Notes under the pieces: model-generated | The model's database searches: none | The model's input: only the letters and a program-made list of their open reading frames with translations | Told to the model about the DNA's origin: nothing | Position numbers and translations under genes: made by a program | Part shown: piece after piece, positions 36,001-58,000 of the stretch | Position numbering within the stretch: the stretch's first letter is position 1 | Layout: every line of letters starts with the position of its first letter | Assembly: GCA_030141605.1 (NCBI GenBank) | Contig: JAQGDQ010000040.1 | Span: 1-64,000, forward strand | Source of the DNA: Tubiluchus corallicola | Taxonomy: Eukaryota > Animalia > Priapulida | Length of the DNA stretch: 64,000 nucleotides | Reading direction: 5' to 3'

Positions 36001-38594
36001 TTTTGGAGGTAGAGACAGTTCTTAACTTCAATGGTGTGAAACTTATCCAAGGCTATTTGATTTTTTGTCACTAGTCCCTTAACATGGATAACATTTTGAC
36101 GTACATTGATTAGAGAGTTATTGTCGAACTGTTTATATTAAATTGACAATTTTTAGGCGTGTATAACCTGAACATCATATGGGGTGATGTGCATGTTGTT
36201 GGATCGCCATTCAAAGTAAGCGTTAGCAGTAAAAGTCTATGCGATCCTAACAAGGTGACCCTGGCTACTGACAGTTTAAATGCAGGTGTCCTTGGTAAAG
36301 AATTAGTCACGAAGATCGATACTCGTCGTGCTGGACCAGGTTTGTTGTTACGTGCACAATACTTATTCATGTATTGATCCATAGAAGGTTTAATGTGCAA
36401 CTGCGTCAAAACTTTTTTTTCGAAACTTGTGATGTATCAAAGCATTTTGTCATGTCTGCATCCAAAATTCACTACTTTGGAAAACACATTGTACAGTTAG
36501 CAAAATGGTGAAAAGAAAAAAAAGAAATTTATTTACAAAATACATGACACATTTTGTCCCTCTCCCCAAAAGCACTTTTTCAAAAGCAACTCATGAATTA
36601 TAGTCTATTCAGCTGTAAAATAACATAATTAAGCCATTTGCATAAAATATGAATGATAAAAAGCAATAGTATTACTGCAATAGATTTTCTTGTCCTAATT
36701 TTTTGATAATCCTTTTTTGTGTTAAACATTCAAGTTCAATGTATTGGTGTTTAATATTTTGTTTCATGCTTATTGTTTTTAACCAGTTTCAAAGTTATTA
36801 ATTTTATCTAAAAATTTTATTTCCATTGTATTTATTTGCTTTTTTTGTATTTTTGCAGGTGAATTATTAGCTCATTGTGTGGGCCCACATAAAGTTGCTT
36901 ACTGTGAGCTGTTTGACCATCGTGATGGCACCTACACGCTTAACATACGTCCCAACGAAGCCGGCAAGCATGTTCTCCATGTGAAATATGATGGTGAACA
37001 TGTGCCAGGTAAGTAATGTGCACCAACTTTTGCATTTATAAATACTGTAATTTGCTTTTCTGAAAGTATCCCATATTTTTGCTACTGAATAATAAAATAA
37101 TAAAAGTGTATTCTTCACATTATGCTAAAACTAATTGATTTTTATGCTTCAGGTTCACCATTCAATCTGCGCATTGCTGGTGCGCCTGATGCTAGCAAAG
37201 TTCGGGTGTATGGTCCTGGGATTGAGCATGGAGTCCTGGCTTTATATCAGAGCCGATTCATCTGTGAAACAAGAGGTGCTGGTGCTGGGCAATTGACTGT
37301 GCGCATTCGAGGTCCCAAAGGTATTATTGTTTCATTACCTCTTGTTTATATGTTTTATGTGCACATAAGTTTGTGATGCTTAGTGTTAACTCACGGTGAC
37401 TGTGAGATTTAACCATAACTGTGACGATTGTACTAACTATAATAGCCGGACTGCTTGTTATCTGCGTTTCAATTTTTTTAGGTGCATTTAGAGTAGAGAT
37501 GCAACGAGAAAGTCAGAAGGATCGCACGATTCTGTGTAAGTACGATCCCACAGAACCTGGTGAATATTTCGTACATGTGAAGTGGTCTGGAGTAGATGTT
37601 CCCGGAAGTCCATTTAAGATCTGCATATTTGACACTCAGGAAGAGCTGGAAAGGTGAGTGTGTTAGTAAGAAAATTAGTTTTAACATTAATAGGACAAAG
37701 TTTGTAGTGGTGCACGATAAACTTTGAGGCTTGCTGTATTTTTAAAGGGTTCGTTATTTTAATTAGTAACTAACTGTAACTGTAGTTACTGTATTTTTTA
37801 AATTTAGGTGTCAGCTGTATGGTAATGCTCTGTGGATCCAGCTTTATCGGTACAATCAAATTAAAAATTTCACATAGCAATACCTTACAAAAACTGCTTA
37901 ATATAGAATAACATAGCATAAGTGAATGTTTTGTAGCACTGTTTTTACCAAACTGTGTCATCTTGATTAGAAGCTACAAAGACAATATCACCTTGTTCAT
38001 TATTAGCTTAAATACTGCCTTGCTCAGCAATTTGTACAACAGCTCAGTTCTAAACATATTTCGTATGCACTAATTTTTAGACATTGACTCACTGGCTCAG
38101 ATTTTGTGATACCAGGTATAGTATACAGCATTCACCATTATTATATGCTTGCTCACTGATTGCATAATTTCTTATAACCATTTTTTTATTTCACTTTCTT
38201 CTTTAGTTTAGTTGTCTAATTTTTGGCTTCGTTGTAGTTTGTCATGGCTGTGTGGTCTATTAATTAGTTTTATTGTATGTTATTTTTAAATTGCAATGTT
38301 AATTTTAATTTCCCTTTTGTCTTTTTAATTGCTATGTACCTTCTTTTGTATGAATTAATTGATTGATTTTACTGAACTACTTCATTATCACTCCATCCAC
38401 ATACTTGTGTGTAAACCACTTGTGTTTTGATCTACTGCTTGAGTCACTGCATTGAAATTATCAGTATAAAACATTTTGTTTAAAATCTTTTCAGATACAT
38501 TAGGGGTGGTTGGTTACCTACTTGGGCGCCTTTGGACCACGGACCATATTCACCTGTCTACAGGCCTGCAGCAATTCCTTGGAAAGAAATGTGA
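1..38594 (+). CDS. jbug: Filamin-family Ig-repeat protein, jitterbug/FLN-2 type; 5' part (including any actin-binding CH domains) lies outside the window
   Basis: GT-AG exons, phase-consistent: <1-31, 351-494, 1015-1182, 2639-2782, 3812-3895, 4664-4801, 4915-5082, 5961-6113, 7210-7428, 7590-7763, 15021-15377, 16285-16391, 17649-17773, 18152-18540, 18701-18841, 19206-19327, 19458-19560, 19755-19838, 19982-20119, 20223-20390, 21314-21478, 21715-21936, 22585-22681, 22836-22912, 23092-23238, 23425-23502, 23602-23739, 24050-24223, 26125-26268, 26825-27046, 27611-27784, 27997-28182, 28569-28790, 29263-29436, 30111-30254, 30844-30969, 31381-31527, 32098-32202, 33742-33966, 35149-35259, 36157-36339, 36859-37008, 37153-37320, 37482-37653, 38495-38594 (TGA). 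Total 7008 nt. Filamin repeat motifs recur (VDASxAGxGxL, YxPxExGxH, GSPF). The C-terminal GPKGAFRVEMQRESQKDRTILCKYDPTEPG is recognised from jitterbug-type filamins. Confidence 0.92.
1386..2571 (+). mobile_element. Internally deleted Tigger/pogo (Tc1/mariner superfamily) DNA transposon
   Basis: 26-bp imperfect TIRs (cagtagtcacctcttaatagactcac / gtgagtctattaagcagcgacgactg) flanked by TA on both sides. Subterminal taat(a/t)gactca repeats. A frameshifted CENP-B-like HTH N-terminus begins at 1893: MEYKRKDLTVKEKLKILEQYSKLPK/MGLKGAASQLKISQSTLGRILKKRYEIE. Confidence 0.85.
1893..2110 (+). pseudogene. Transposase N-terminal DNA-binding (CENP-B N/HTH-psq-like) remnant
   Basis: A 1-nt frameshift near 1967 joins two frames into a typical Tigger N-terminus. 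No DDE domain follows. Confidence 0.7.
3615..3732 (+). CDS. Candidate alternative first (or cassette) exon of filamin (MIIIEFFVNLVNLLQRNVAVYFTCAEQRIIVFLGTLSKE)
   Basis: ATG at 3615 opens 39 codons plus 1 nt, ending at a consensus donor AAG/gtaagt. This is phase 1 and in frame with exon 3812 across a 79-nt intron. Confidence 0.45.
4462..4552. repeat. Compound microsatellite (TAA/GTA/GTGGTA/GTGGCA)
   Basis: Directly visible: agtagtagta..gtggtagtggta..gtggcagtggca..taataataa. Confidence 0.85.
6806..7183. repeat. Diverged tandem duplication, unit about 187 bp
   Basis: Paired blocks: tgtgttaaataaa..ttgttt(g/a)ctttgctt (about 6814 and 7002), ttctt..aaaaa.gt.actt (about 6885 and 7073), and ttaagt.tatt.ttgcta (about 6971 and 7160). 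Confidence 0.6.
11491..13320 (-). CDS. Class B1 (secretin/calcitonin/PTH-receptor-like) GPCR, single coding exon, about 609 aa, nested antisense in a filamin intron
   Basis: The ORF track starts at TTG 13368; the first ATG is at 13320 and is followed by a signal-peptide-like MYRLAIISILIFSVYG. Hormone-receptor domain motif CPPTWDGLQCW...CP...KRC...W...YAEC. Seven-TM class B motifs: HVNF, WMFCE, IGWLFP, LPLVG, LQGILVALVFCYRNHEV. Lies within filamin intron 7764-15020. Confidence 0.93.
   Translation of the reverse strand: MYRLAIISILIFSVYGFVSDKVESPTSNVNKCPADEEDGKIIEQLKHKNGYCHIVDLGYVDYATYLDASYTFCYMELFQEDTLHLVWEYYNCPVFPSAFTLISNLTNINCRPEEKAQWYECVSTAADCCQEHIVSQIPKQSQGMCPPTWDGLQCWEKASAGDVVRGKCPVHLTSYCPYYGIAYSEKRCVAKGNLTWEVKWDTCRQAEREFTSYAECYNKSDVISQMVKTRLIIRDIVLGINVIFIMPAIIIFLYYKRLRQNRNIVHVNFLLSHLLSSILFITYDILIIYPYRERMGRNEIALDSRETAFMYNSSELKLNTTAEEANASVGFHDIGCVILTLFVHKYFMLTKYTWMFCECYYLYRVIISVFRRTPLTRLYLIGWLFPIVPVIVYIVARYLVNEYHKKCWANPAGNLEWILNAFGVASFILSIIFVAKVLHLIIHKLDEDTLDKIRGWKHFKKTLRAVITMLPLVGFTYFPTFYRPPCYTKGYHQYQIVDNILLGLQGILVALVFCYRNHEVRDCICGRRGFRARRGSQEWAFSQTDPPSRNVSLKRESLMLQSRRETLLATERASLAKESGDIFNGTPHKLPMSNGKQTIKGVENGSTCL
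13963..14480. repeat. Compound trinucleotide microsatellite (CAG/CAA/ACA/TCA) inside a diverged composite repeat
   Basis: Directly visible runs. These explain the spurious poly-A/T/Q/N and poly-L ORFs at 13883-14323 and 13935-14201. Confidence 0.9.
15729..16093. mobile_element. Tc1/mariner-type MITE
   Basis: Left TIR cagggtgtttgaaaagtccct matches the reverse complement of the right end, cagggattttcaaaagtctct. TA flanks both ends (15727-15728, 16094-16095). Confidence 0.75.
16622..16711 (+). CDS. Candidate alternative terminal exon of filamin (DYDPVFGTRYTDEIQEELLFNTRTERTKF*)
   Basis: Acceptor ccttctgttag. Phase 0 matches the donor at 16391. 29 sense codons end at TAG, and AATAAA follows at 16725-16730. 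Confidence 0.6.
   Translation, partial: DYDPVFGTRYTDEIQEELLFNTRTERTKF
28975..29110 (+). mobile_element. Degenerate tRNA-derived SINE-like fragment
   Basis: A-box-like tggctaagtgg and B-box-like ggttctttactcc at tRNA-like spacing. No intact cloverleaf. Confidence 0.35.
30301..30463. repeat. Tandem duplication, 83-bp unit x2
   Basis: tgtcgc(g/a)cattttcatttgcgatttataattga...aaacatgtgctgccacctaca begins at 30301 and again at 30384. Confidence 0.9.
31555..31999. mobile_element. hAT-type non-autonomous element
   Basis: Termini tatggatgttaa / ttaacatcccta (TAGGGATG-type TIR). 8-bp TSD agagagat / agagaaat (7 of 8 identical). Subterminal (a)cgata repeats. Confidence 0.72.
34034..34370. mobile_element. 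PIF/Harbinger-type MITE
   Basis: Imperfect TIR of about 30 bp: ggggccatccaactataactgataccaagttt versus the reverse complement of the right end, gggaccatccacatataatgatatcaagttt. TSD TTA on both sides. Internal direct repeat gtgtaggtaggtg..tgataatgtcattataac near 34067 and 34268. Confidence 0.78.
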
Positions 38595-39496
38595 GACGAC
38601 TGTTCCATATCTGTGACATTCCACAGGATTCTGTGATATAAAATAGTTGTTTAATCAAACACTTCTGATTTGAATTGTTCTTTCTCCACACAAATCATCA
38701 GAGAAGAAACTATTCTGTTCTTGCAAAATTGAAATGTTTTTCCGTAAAAATTGCCTTTCGAGAGATGAGGTAACGTTGCGTCTTGCAATTTGGTCATGAG
38801 TTGCATCTGTTAGTAACAATGCTAGGTGTTTTGGTTTGTCCCCGACGAACCTATTTTCTCAGCCATTCCTCAATGTGCAAACAATTTTAGGCCAAGTTTT
38901 AGTATCAGAGAAATAATAAATATAGTTTAGATGCAGCTAGGCAAAACAGTATGTCATAGAATTTTAATCTAATGAAGTTAAGATGTCAGCTAATGTAGAA
39001 TCTTCACTATGTTGATTAAATTTAACATGGTATACTATGATAGATTAATAACTACAGTAATTAGGTTAAAAACAATGAAAGAATCAAAAGTATTTCAAGC
39101 GAGAGAAGCAATTACTTCGTATCTATCTCATAATGTGTTACTGGTTGTTGTTTAGCATTCCTTATTATAATCTTGTAATACTTTTATTACTGTACCTTCA
39201 TGTTTAAAGTAATCTTAACATTTTGTTATGCTTATTTGCTGGGTAACATTTTGACAGTAGATTTGTTTTGTCACAGATTTATATTTTTGAAATTTGTTGG
39301 GTGTCTGTCTGGAGATTGGATCTCTACACATTTTACTAATTTATAAGCTTTGATTATACCTCTTGTTGTCTTAGTTTTGATATTATTATTATTATTATTT
39401 ATGTGGTGAATTTTAGACGATTTTATTGTAACTTACCAAGTAGTCTAATATTATATCTTTTTGATATTATTGTATTCTCAAACTACCAAGGCAGCT

Positions 39497-39509
39497 AATA
39501 AAGTTTATT
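39497..39509. terminator. Palindromic bidirectional polyadenylation signal AATAAAgTTTATT between the convergent filamin and CUL4 genes
   Basis: AATAAA on + at 39497-39502 and on - at 39509-39504. The plus strand switches from T-rich to A-rich around this point. A second + AATAAA is at 39554. Confidence 0.55.
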
Positions 39510-40256
39510 TTGAAGTAGTTAGTAGTTGCTTAAACAAGCTTTCTTTTTAATTTAATAAAAAACAACTACACAAACAAAGCACAAATGACAGTGTGTAAAC
39601 AATCTATTTTGTACAAAACAAAAAAACTATTTTTACAAATATGCATTTATGAAATAAATTTCTATGCTAATAAAATGCCACATTTCTGCTAGTTGACAGA
39701 CCCAGAAAAATTGCTGACAGACAGCTAATTTCTCAACACCCTTCGAAGACTTGTCATTTTAATAGTGAGTTAAATGTTAATACAATTACAGCATTAGTTT
39801 TATAGTAGTTAATAAATACGATCACAAATGACCAACTGTCCGTTAACACGTTGTATCCAAATTTATAATAGACTATTAAACAGTGAATGAATTATCTCTA
39901 AGTTATACTGTACAATATACAATTTACAACAACAAATTTTGTAACAGCTTTCAACAAAAAAAAAAACGGTTTGAAATCACCATTGGATGCGTCACCACTG
40001 GATAAAAGTTTTTTGTCCTTGTGCACAAAAATGCATCAACAGTTCAGAAAAATGTGGGCAATTATTTTATTCAGTGACATTTTGTATAAGTAAGTCAACA
40101 AAAGGTTTAGAATTTCAAGCCAAATTCTCAGCTACTAGTATTCAGTTAAGGGTTTTAAGTGTCACATGAGACACAAGTGACATTGACAGTCGGCAAGTTT
40201 GATGGCAATTTTGCCAAACTTGAATGCATTAGAAATGTTGCACAATACAACCTAAC

Positions 40257-51693
<11,437 letters not shown>

Positions 51694-54600
51694 GCTCGCA
51701 TCCTCGCCTCCTTCTGTGTTTAAAAATCAAATTTTGGAAATAAGACTACTATATTAACACTTTTAGCATAACCTAAAGATATGTACGAGATTAATACATG
51801 TGACAATTTACTGCATTAAAATATAAACAAACACTAGCCATCAAACTGTGAAATGGTTTTGAAGATTAGACTGTTCAGCACTGTAAACTTGTGATTCAAC
51901 GTAGATGTTTAAACAAATTAACCAATAAGCTATAAAACACGTCTAGATAAATTGGCCCGCCGGTCACGTCATGGTAACCGTTAACTTGAGTGATATAGAC
52001 CATAAAACTAGAAACGTCTTTAAAAAGTCGAGACGCACTTTACAAAAGAGCAACAAGAAACCGCATCAAAAGCAAAGAGAAAGCAAGTCAAACATTAAAA
52101 GTCTTTCAGCATAATTCATTCTACATTTTACCTAATTTGTGGTACATATTCTGCCACACCGTCAAAATTATTTGGCAGGCAATCTCACAAACATTGGAAT
52201 AAAAAACGTGAACAAAAACACTATTTTTTCTGGAAGTCAGTAGTTGAGAGCTGAGATCAGCAGTACGAGATATCTTCGTTCTTCTTTTTCTTCTAAAATT
52301 CGTGATTTTATCAGGTTCTGTGAATTATATGTGAAACGCGATGTTGGCAAGAGGCAACATAGCAAGTCAGCAACGTGATGTAGATCGTGTTGTTGTCAAA
52401 GACTTAGAAAAAAAATTTTGCAAAACGTTTGAATCAAAACTGCAAACTTTTCATTTGAAATTAGTGCACTGCAAATTAAATATTATTTAAAATTGCTCTG
52501 CATACATCTACAATTTACCTAGCAATTAACGAAAAGAAAAAAATGTCCAGGACGATGTTATGATAAAGATAATCTGAAAGTGTGACAATTAGCACACATT
52601 TTCATGTGCGCCGGGTATTATTTTCCTTGACAAAATGCTAGAAGATTAATAACAATGCTTACATACTATCGTAATCTTGTTGAAGTATGATAAATGCTAC
52701 TTAAAAACATGATGAAAATGAATTCTTGTAGTTTCTTAGAAATTGTTCGGTGCGTGAAGTGGAGTGAAGTGTATTATACAGCATTATAATTAAATAACAC
52801 TTTCCATAATTTAAAGCTTTACTTGGATTTTACTCTTTAATGCCCTTTATTTTCTTTTATATTATAGATAGGTCTAAAATTATAGGAGGGTCGTAAGGTA
52901 TATGAAATAGCCCAACAATTTTTCACAGTCACCTATCCACTTACTGATCAGATTAGGAGTTGCTTAGAACTTCTGTTGCTAACTGTGATCACTTGGCTAT
53001 TGCCATAGATGGAATGGGCAAAGTCTATATGCAGGCTTTTTGCCACAATTATCTCTGTTGTTAAATTCTCTCTGTTGATCATTTTATCTCACGTTTTCTC
53101 GCATTTTATATTCATGTTTTTTCTTAAATGTTGTCTCTCTAGTAAGTTGTTTATTGTTTAGTCCTGTGCTTCTGCACCACGGTTTTCTTTTTTTGTTATT
53201 GTACTGCATTTCAATGTGCACCTACTTGTGCCTTTTGTTTTTTTTCATTATTTCACTGGCACAAAAAAGTTAGTCATAAGTTGCACAGGACATCTTTTAT
53301 AGTTATCCTTAAACTTCTCTTTATAATTTCTTACGGTAACATAACTGCATAACATTCCATATGTGTAAATGTCTCACGCAAAAACTCATTTGCAAAAATT
53401 ATTATTGTTTATGGCACAGTTTGACCAGAATTTTGTAATAACACAAAAAAATTAATTTCAAACACATTTACTTTTTACTTATACTGTATTAATTAAACAA
53501 TTTTTTATAACATGAATGTGTTGCGTGTTTAGTTAATTATTGCCTAGATGAGTAATTTATGCTATATAACGAAGTTGTATACTTTAACATAGATTAAGAC
53601 ACAGTTCATTTACAAAAGAATATTTGTATTCACATACATTTTTACAGAAAAAACGTGAGCAATTAATTACTGGAAAACTGAAATACAACAATATTCAACT
53701 TTGGACTATTATTACCACACACCATAAGAATGCACATTACATTGCAGGCGAAAAATATCTGTAAAATTAAATTTCCTTGACATGCGATTTACTGTCAATA
53801 ACTAGAAAAAACCAGTTTTTATAAAAACTATAGAAGGAATTGAAGCATCTTTTAAAGCAAAGTGTAATTGGAAAATCTATGACAACAATAATGCAGTTAG
53901 TACTAATGACAAATTAAAAATGGTTAAATTATTATTACTTGTTCAAAATTCCATGGTTATTATCTTGAAATTTCACAAAAATTCTTCTTAGTTATAAGTC
54001 GTTACTACTCGTTGAAACAATCAATAACGACACGGATATTAAAATCTGAAATTTAAAACTATACAACAAGATGAGACTATTAAGAACAAAATAACACTAG
54101 ATTCCTTTCTAGATAAGCTATACTCACACAAAAAATGCATTTACAGTATAATACATAATAATGATGACAAATATTTAACAGTGCTCAGGCAAATAAATTT
54201 AAATTGTTTGACAATTATGTTCGCATAGGTATCAGTTAAACCATGCTAACTTTGACAGTAATTTACAATTTTCTATTTACATAAAAATTTACAAGACTTG
54301 ATTTTACACATCATGTCAAAACAGACGCAACTTCAATAATTGTCATACTCCCTAGGCAAACACATTTAGCTACACCGAGCATTCAAACAACGTCAGAAAC
54401 ATTCGATCATTATTAAAAAATCAAAAATAATAAACACTTCCAGTGTTCAATTATTTACCCCTGATTGAGCAAATCTACATATTTTAGCAAAAACAGCATT
54501 TTATTGGGAACAACTTTGGCTAGTAATTATAATCCACCCTTTAAAGTTTAACAAAGCAAAACTACAATGCTTGTATGACTCAAGTACACTAGCAACATGT

Positions 54601-55022
54601 CAAATTGTAAAAGCGACTAGATAATTCTGCTATTCCTTGTAACAAACTAGTACAATTACTACTCTCATTATCAAACAATTGCTTTTTGTAATATGAAAAT
54701 AACAGTAACTCTTCTTTCTATTATCAGTGAAAACTTCTGGCTCATTGTAATTTTCTACAAACTGTTATGCACTGAATACATGTGTCACATCATGGTGTGG
54801 CATGTCAAACTACATTCCACATAACATCAAGCATTTTATCACCTTGCTCATCCTGCTTGGTTTCCTGGAACGGGATAGTCTAGAATTGCCAGCTCACAAG
54901 TAAAAAAAACTGGTCTGGTTTTTGGACTAGGATTCTTTGTTTGGATGCTAAAGTCACTAATCATGAAAACATTTTTACTTCAAGAAATTTCGCGAGATTT
55001 CAGAAATGGACTACATATTATT

Positions 55023-58000
55023 TCACAAAGAGTCTTGTACACTGGCAAGCAAGCTACGCAGAGATGGCACTGTGTTCATATCATTCCAAGATTTACTCAG
55101 TCTAAACAAGATGGGACAGTCCAGTGAAGCACATTCGTTGTGAAAGTCAGGCCATCCGGAGCAGCTAATGCACACCTGAAAAGAAAAAATGAACTGCCAT
55201 GCTAACAAACATATCATGACAATCGAAATCCCAAAATGTCTTCTACACCTTGACTTACACTACCTGAGATATACACAGCTATTGACAAATTCAAGTATTT
55301 AATGAGGCTACTACTACAAAAACAACTATAAAATAGCTCAGAATTTGCATAATTTTGGGAGGTTTTAGTATTACATGTAGTTGGCATTTAATTAATTTTT
55401 GAAACAAATTATTAATTAGAGTTACTCCATTAATACTTATTTTGTTTCCCTTTATATAGCTCAGTACACTACAAAAGCAGTGCCAACTAATAACATTGAC
55501 AATGGCAAGACTGGAACATAGCTTAATATTGTTGACATTTCCTAAGACGGTGTCATAATTCAGTACGGGAATGTGTACATTTCTCTTGAACAAGCATTTT
55601 TACTCAAAGAAATTTCAGAAATAGACTACTAACAATTCACAAAGATTCTTGGACACTGGAAAGTAAGCTATGCAGAGATGGCACCGTGTTCATATCATTC
55701 CAAGCTCTATTCAGTCTAAGCAAGATGGGACAGTCTAAGGCAGGTGAAACCACAATGAAACAGTTTCGATTACTATATACTAAACAGTCTTAGAGTTACT
55801 TAACATTTTGAAGCACACATGGAATTCAATTCACCTACAGTGCTCTTTAATACAGCTGCAAAGTATTTAGGCTCCTTGATACTTTTGGGAATCTTGATCT
55901 TAATTTTAAGATTATCAGTTAATGATTAGTGACTTCTGGATGCTAGGTTCAAAATTTAACGTCATATCTACCCTCTGTACTGGCTTTCTCACAGTTTCTT
56001 TTCTTTTAGTTTCAAAACTTTTAAAATAGAGGATTTTACCAGTGATTATTAATTCTGTCATGAGCAGTATATTAATAAATTCATCTGGTGGCGATAATAT
56101 ATTCCGAAGATCGCTACTGCAAATCAAGGATCGGTCCAAACTTTACCACAAGGCATTTCTTTTAGTCAAGTCTGCTTTCAAAAATTAGTGATCATGAGCT
56201 TCGTTCCATCACTAGTTGATAATCTTAAAGTTAAGGTACTGTTTCCAATTTTTGTTAACTTTTTCGCAAAATTTGATTGTTTCAAAACTTAAAAGCTTAA
56301 TGATTGTTAGTTCATTTCTTCTTATTTGAGTCACATATAGCTATACTTTTATGTCTGTCTTTTAAATCTGGCAAAAAACTTTAAGTGCAAACTTTTTACA
56401 AGCATCAGTTTATTGTCTCATCTTAGCGGAATAACATTTAACAAATTCAAATTTAGCTGTAAGGTAAACCATAAAAATTGTTCTTCAATAAAACCTATTC
56501 ACCCGTTAAGGGCTACTTAGCAAAATATTTTACCCGATGACATAAAAAAATAGAAAAGAAAATCAACAAAAATGGAACTTATTGAAATACTAATAAAGAA
56601 TTTTATAAAGAATTTCAATGTATATTAATAGATGCAAACCTGTCTAAGGTCTTGATAAGTTCTTTCTAATCTTGCTATTTTATCACCGAGTACAGCTGCG
56701 ACCATTTGCTGGCTGCCAGTGCAGTTCGGACAAAGAGAATGAGCAAGGGTTAGCATTCCGCATGCCGGACACTCTAGCTTTTCAAAATACTGAGCGATAG
56801 TACCCTGCAGAAAACCAGTTATGTATAAATGAATATAATAAAATTCTCGTGGCTTCAGTCAAATCTCCTAGACAAATAACTATAAACTGTAATGTTATTA
56901 TTTTGTACAGAACTTTACGAAACTCTGGAAGAAAAGCTCTGGATAAAATCATACCTTTTTGTTTGTTTTCTCATTTGCAAATGATGTTATTCTCTCTATG
57001 CGAGGCATGTTACTATACCTAAAATAATAACGTAAATATAATATCAATTCACTTAAATCGAAGGACTCAGCTATAAGCTGCATGTAGTTAGCAATAATGT
57101 TCCATATTGCACTATTTATTATAGCGCTTCTCAGTTTATTTTTATGTTTTCTAAGTACTTACCACATTCTGACATCAACACCAATTAGCGAAAAGATTCG
57201 ATCCAATGGTGGCAGCACTTGACGTGTGATGTAGTAAATCGTATTAATGCGAAGTGTGGGATCTTGCAGCATCTCATGTGGTTCCCGCACCAATTTGATT
57301 AGAGGTAACCCAGGACTACCGTACACGATCAAATATGGAACACGTTCCCCACGACGAGGTTCCGAGCAGGGATCCACAGACAGACGCTTCCTGCAATAGA
57401 CAGAACCGATCAAATATCATAAAAGAAGCCAGTTGAACAGGACCTGATCTTTGCATACAGTAAAAAGTTTATAATTATTTTAAGTACATACCTAGCTATA
57501 TGCAGAGATGGAACGCATGCCCCTGGCCTATAGGTGTTCATTCCTCTATATTCTTTCGCAAAAAGACAGTCTAAGATACTGACTTTACCCTCCATGAACT
57601 TTGTAAACTGACATTGTACGTATTGTCTAACACGGGAAACATCTTTGGTTGTAAACAACACCTTCAAAGATCGCTCCAGAATCTAGAAATAAAACCTTGA
57701 TAAAACATTTACAAGAAAATCTAACAATTTTCTGATAACCTGTTTTGCAAAAAACAGGAATGCGTAGAAATGGAAAACAGCTACAAAATATAAGACTGGA
57801 ACTAGTTATTATTATGAATGCAATAATAATTGCCATGAATGATATGCAGATTTTTCACCTTTGCTGCAGCAGGACAACCATCTCTTCTAACAGTCTCTAT
57901 TCCCTTTGCATCAAAAACAGGTTCAGTTTGCTCAATGGATTCATATGCATATCCAACATAGCGTTTTTTTGTCTGAAGGACACAAGGTAGGTAAACCTGC

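Noticed and set aside
38081-38115. AG..GT-bounded 35-nt segment in the last filamin intron
   Set aside because: It would give an immediate stop (RH*), the donor is weak, and there is no other support.
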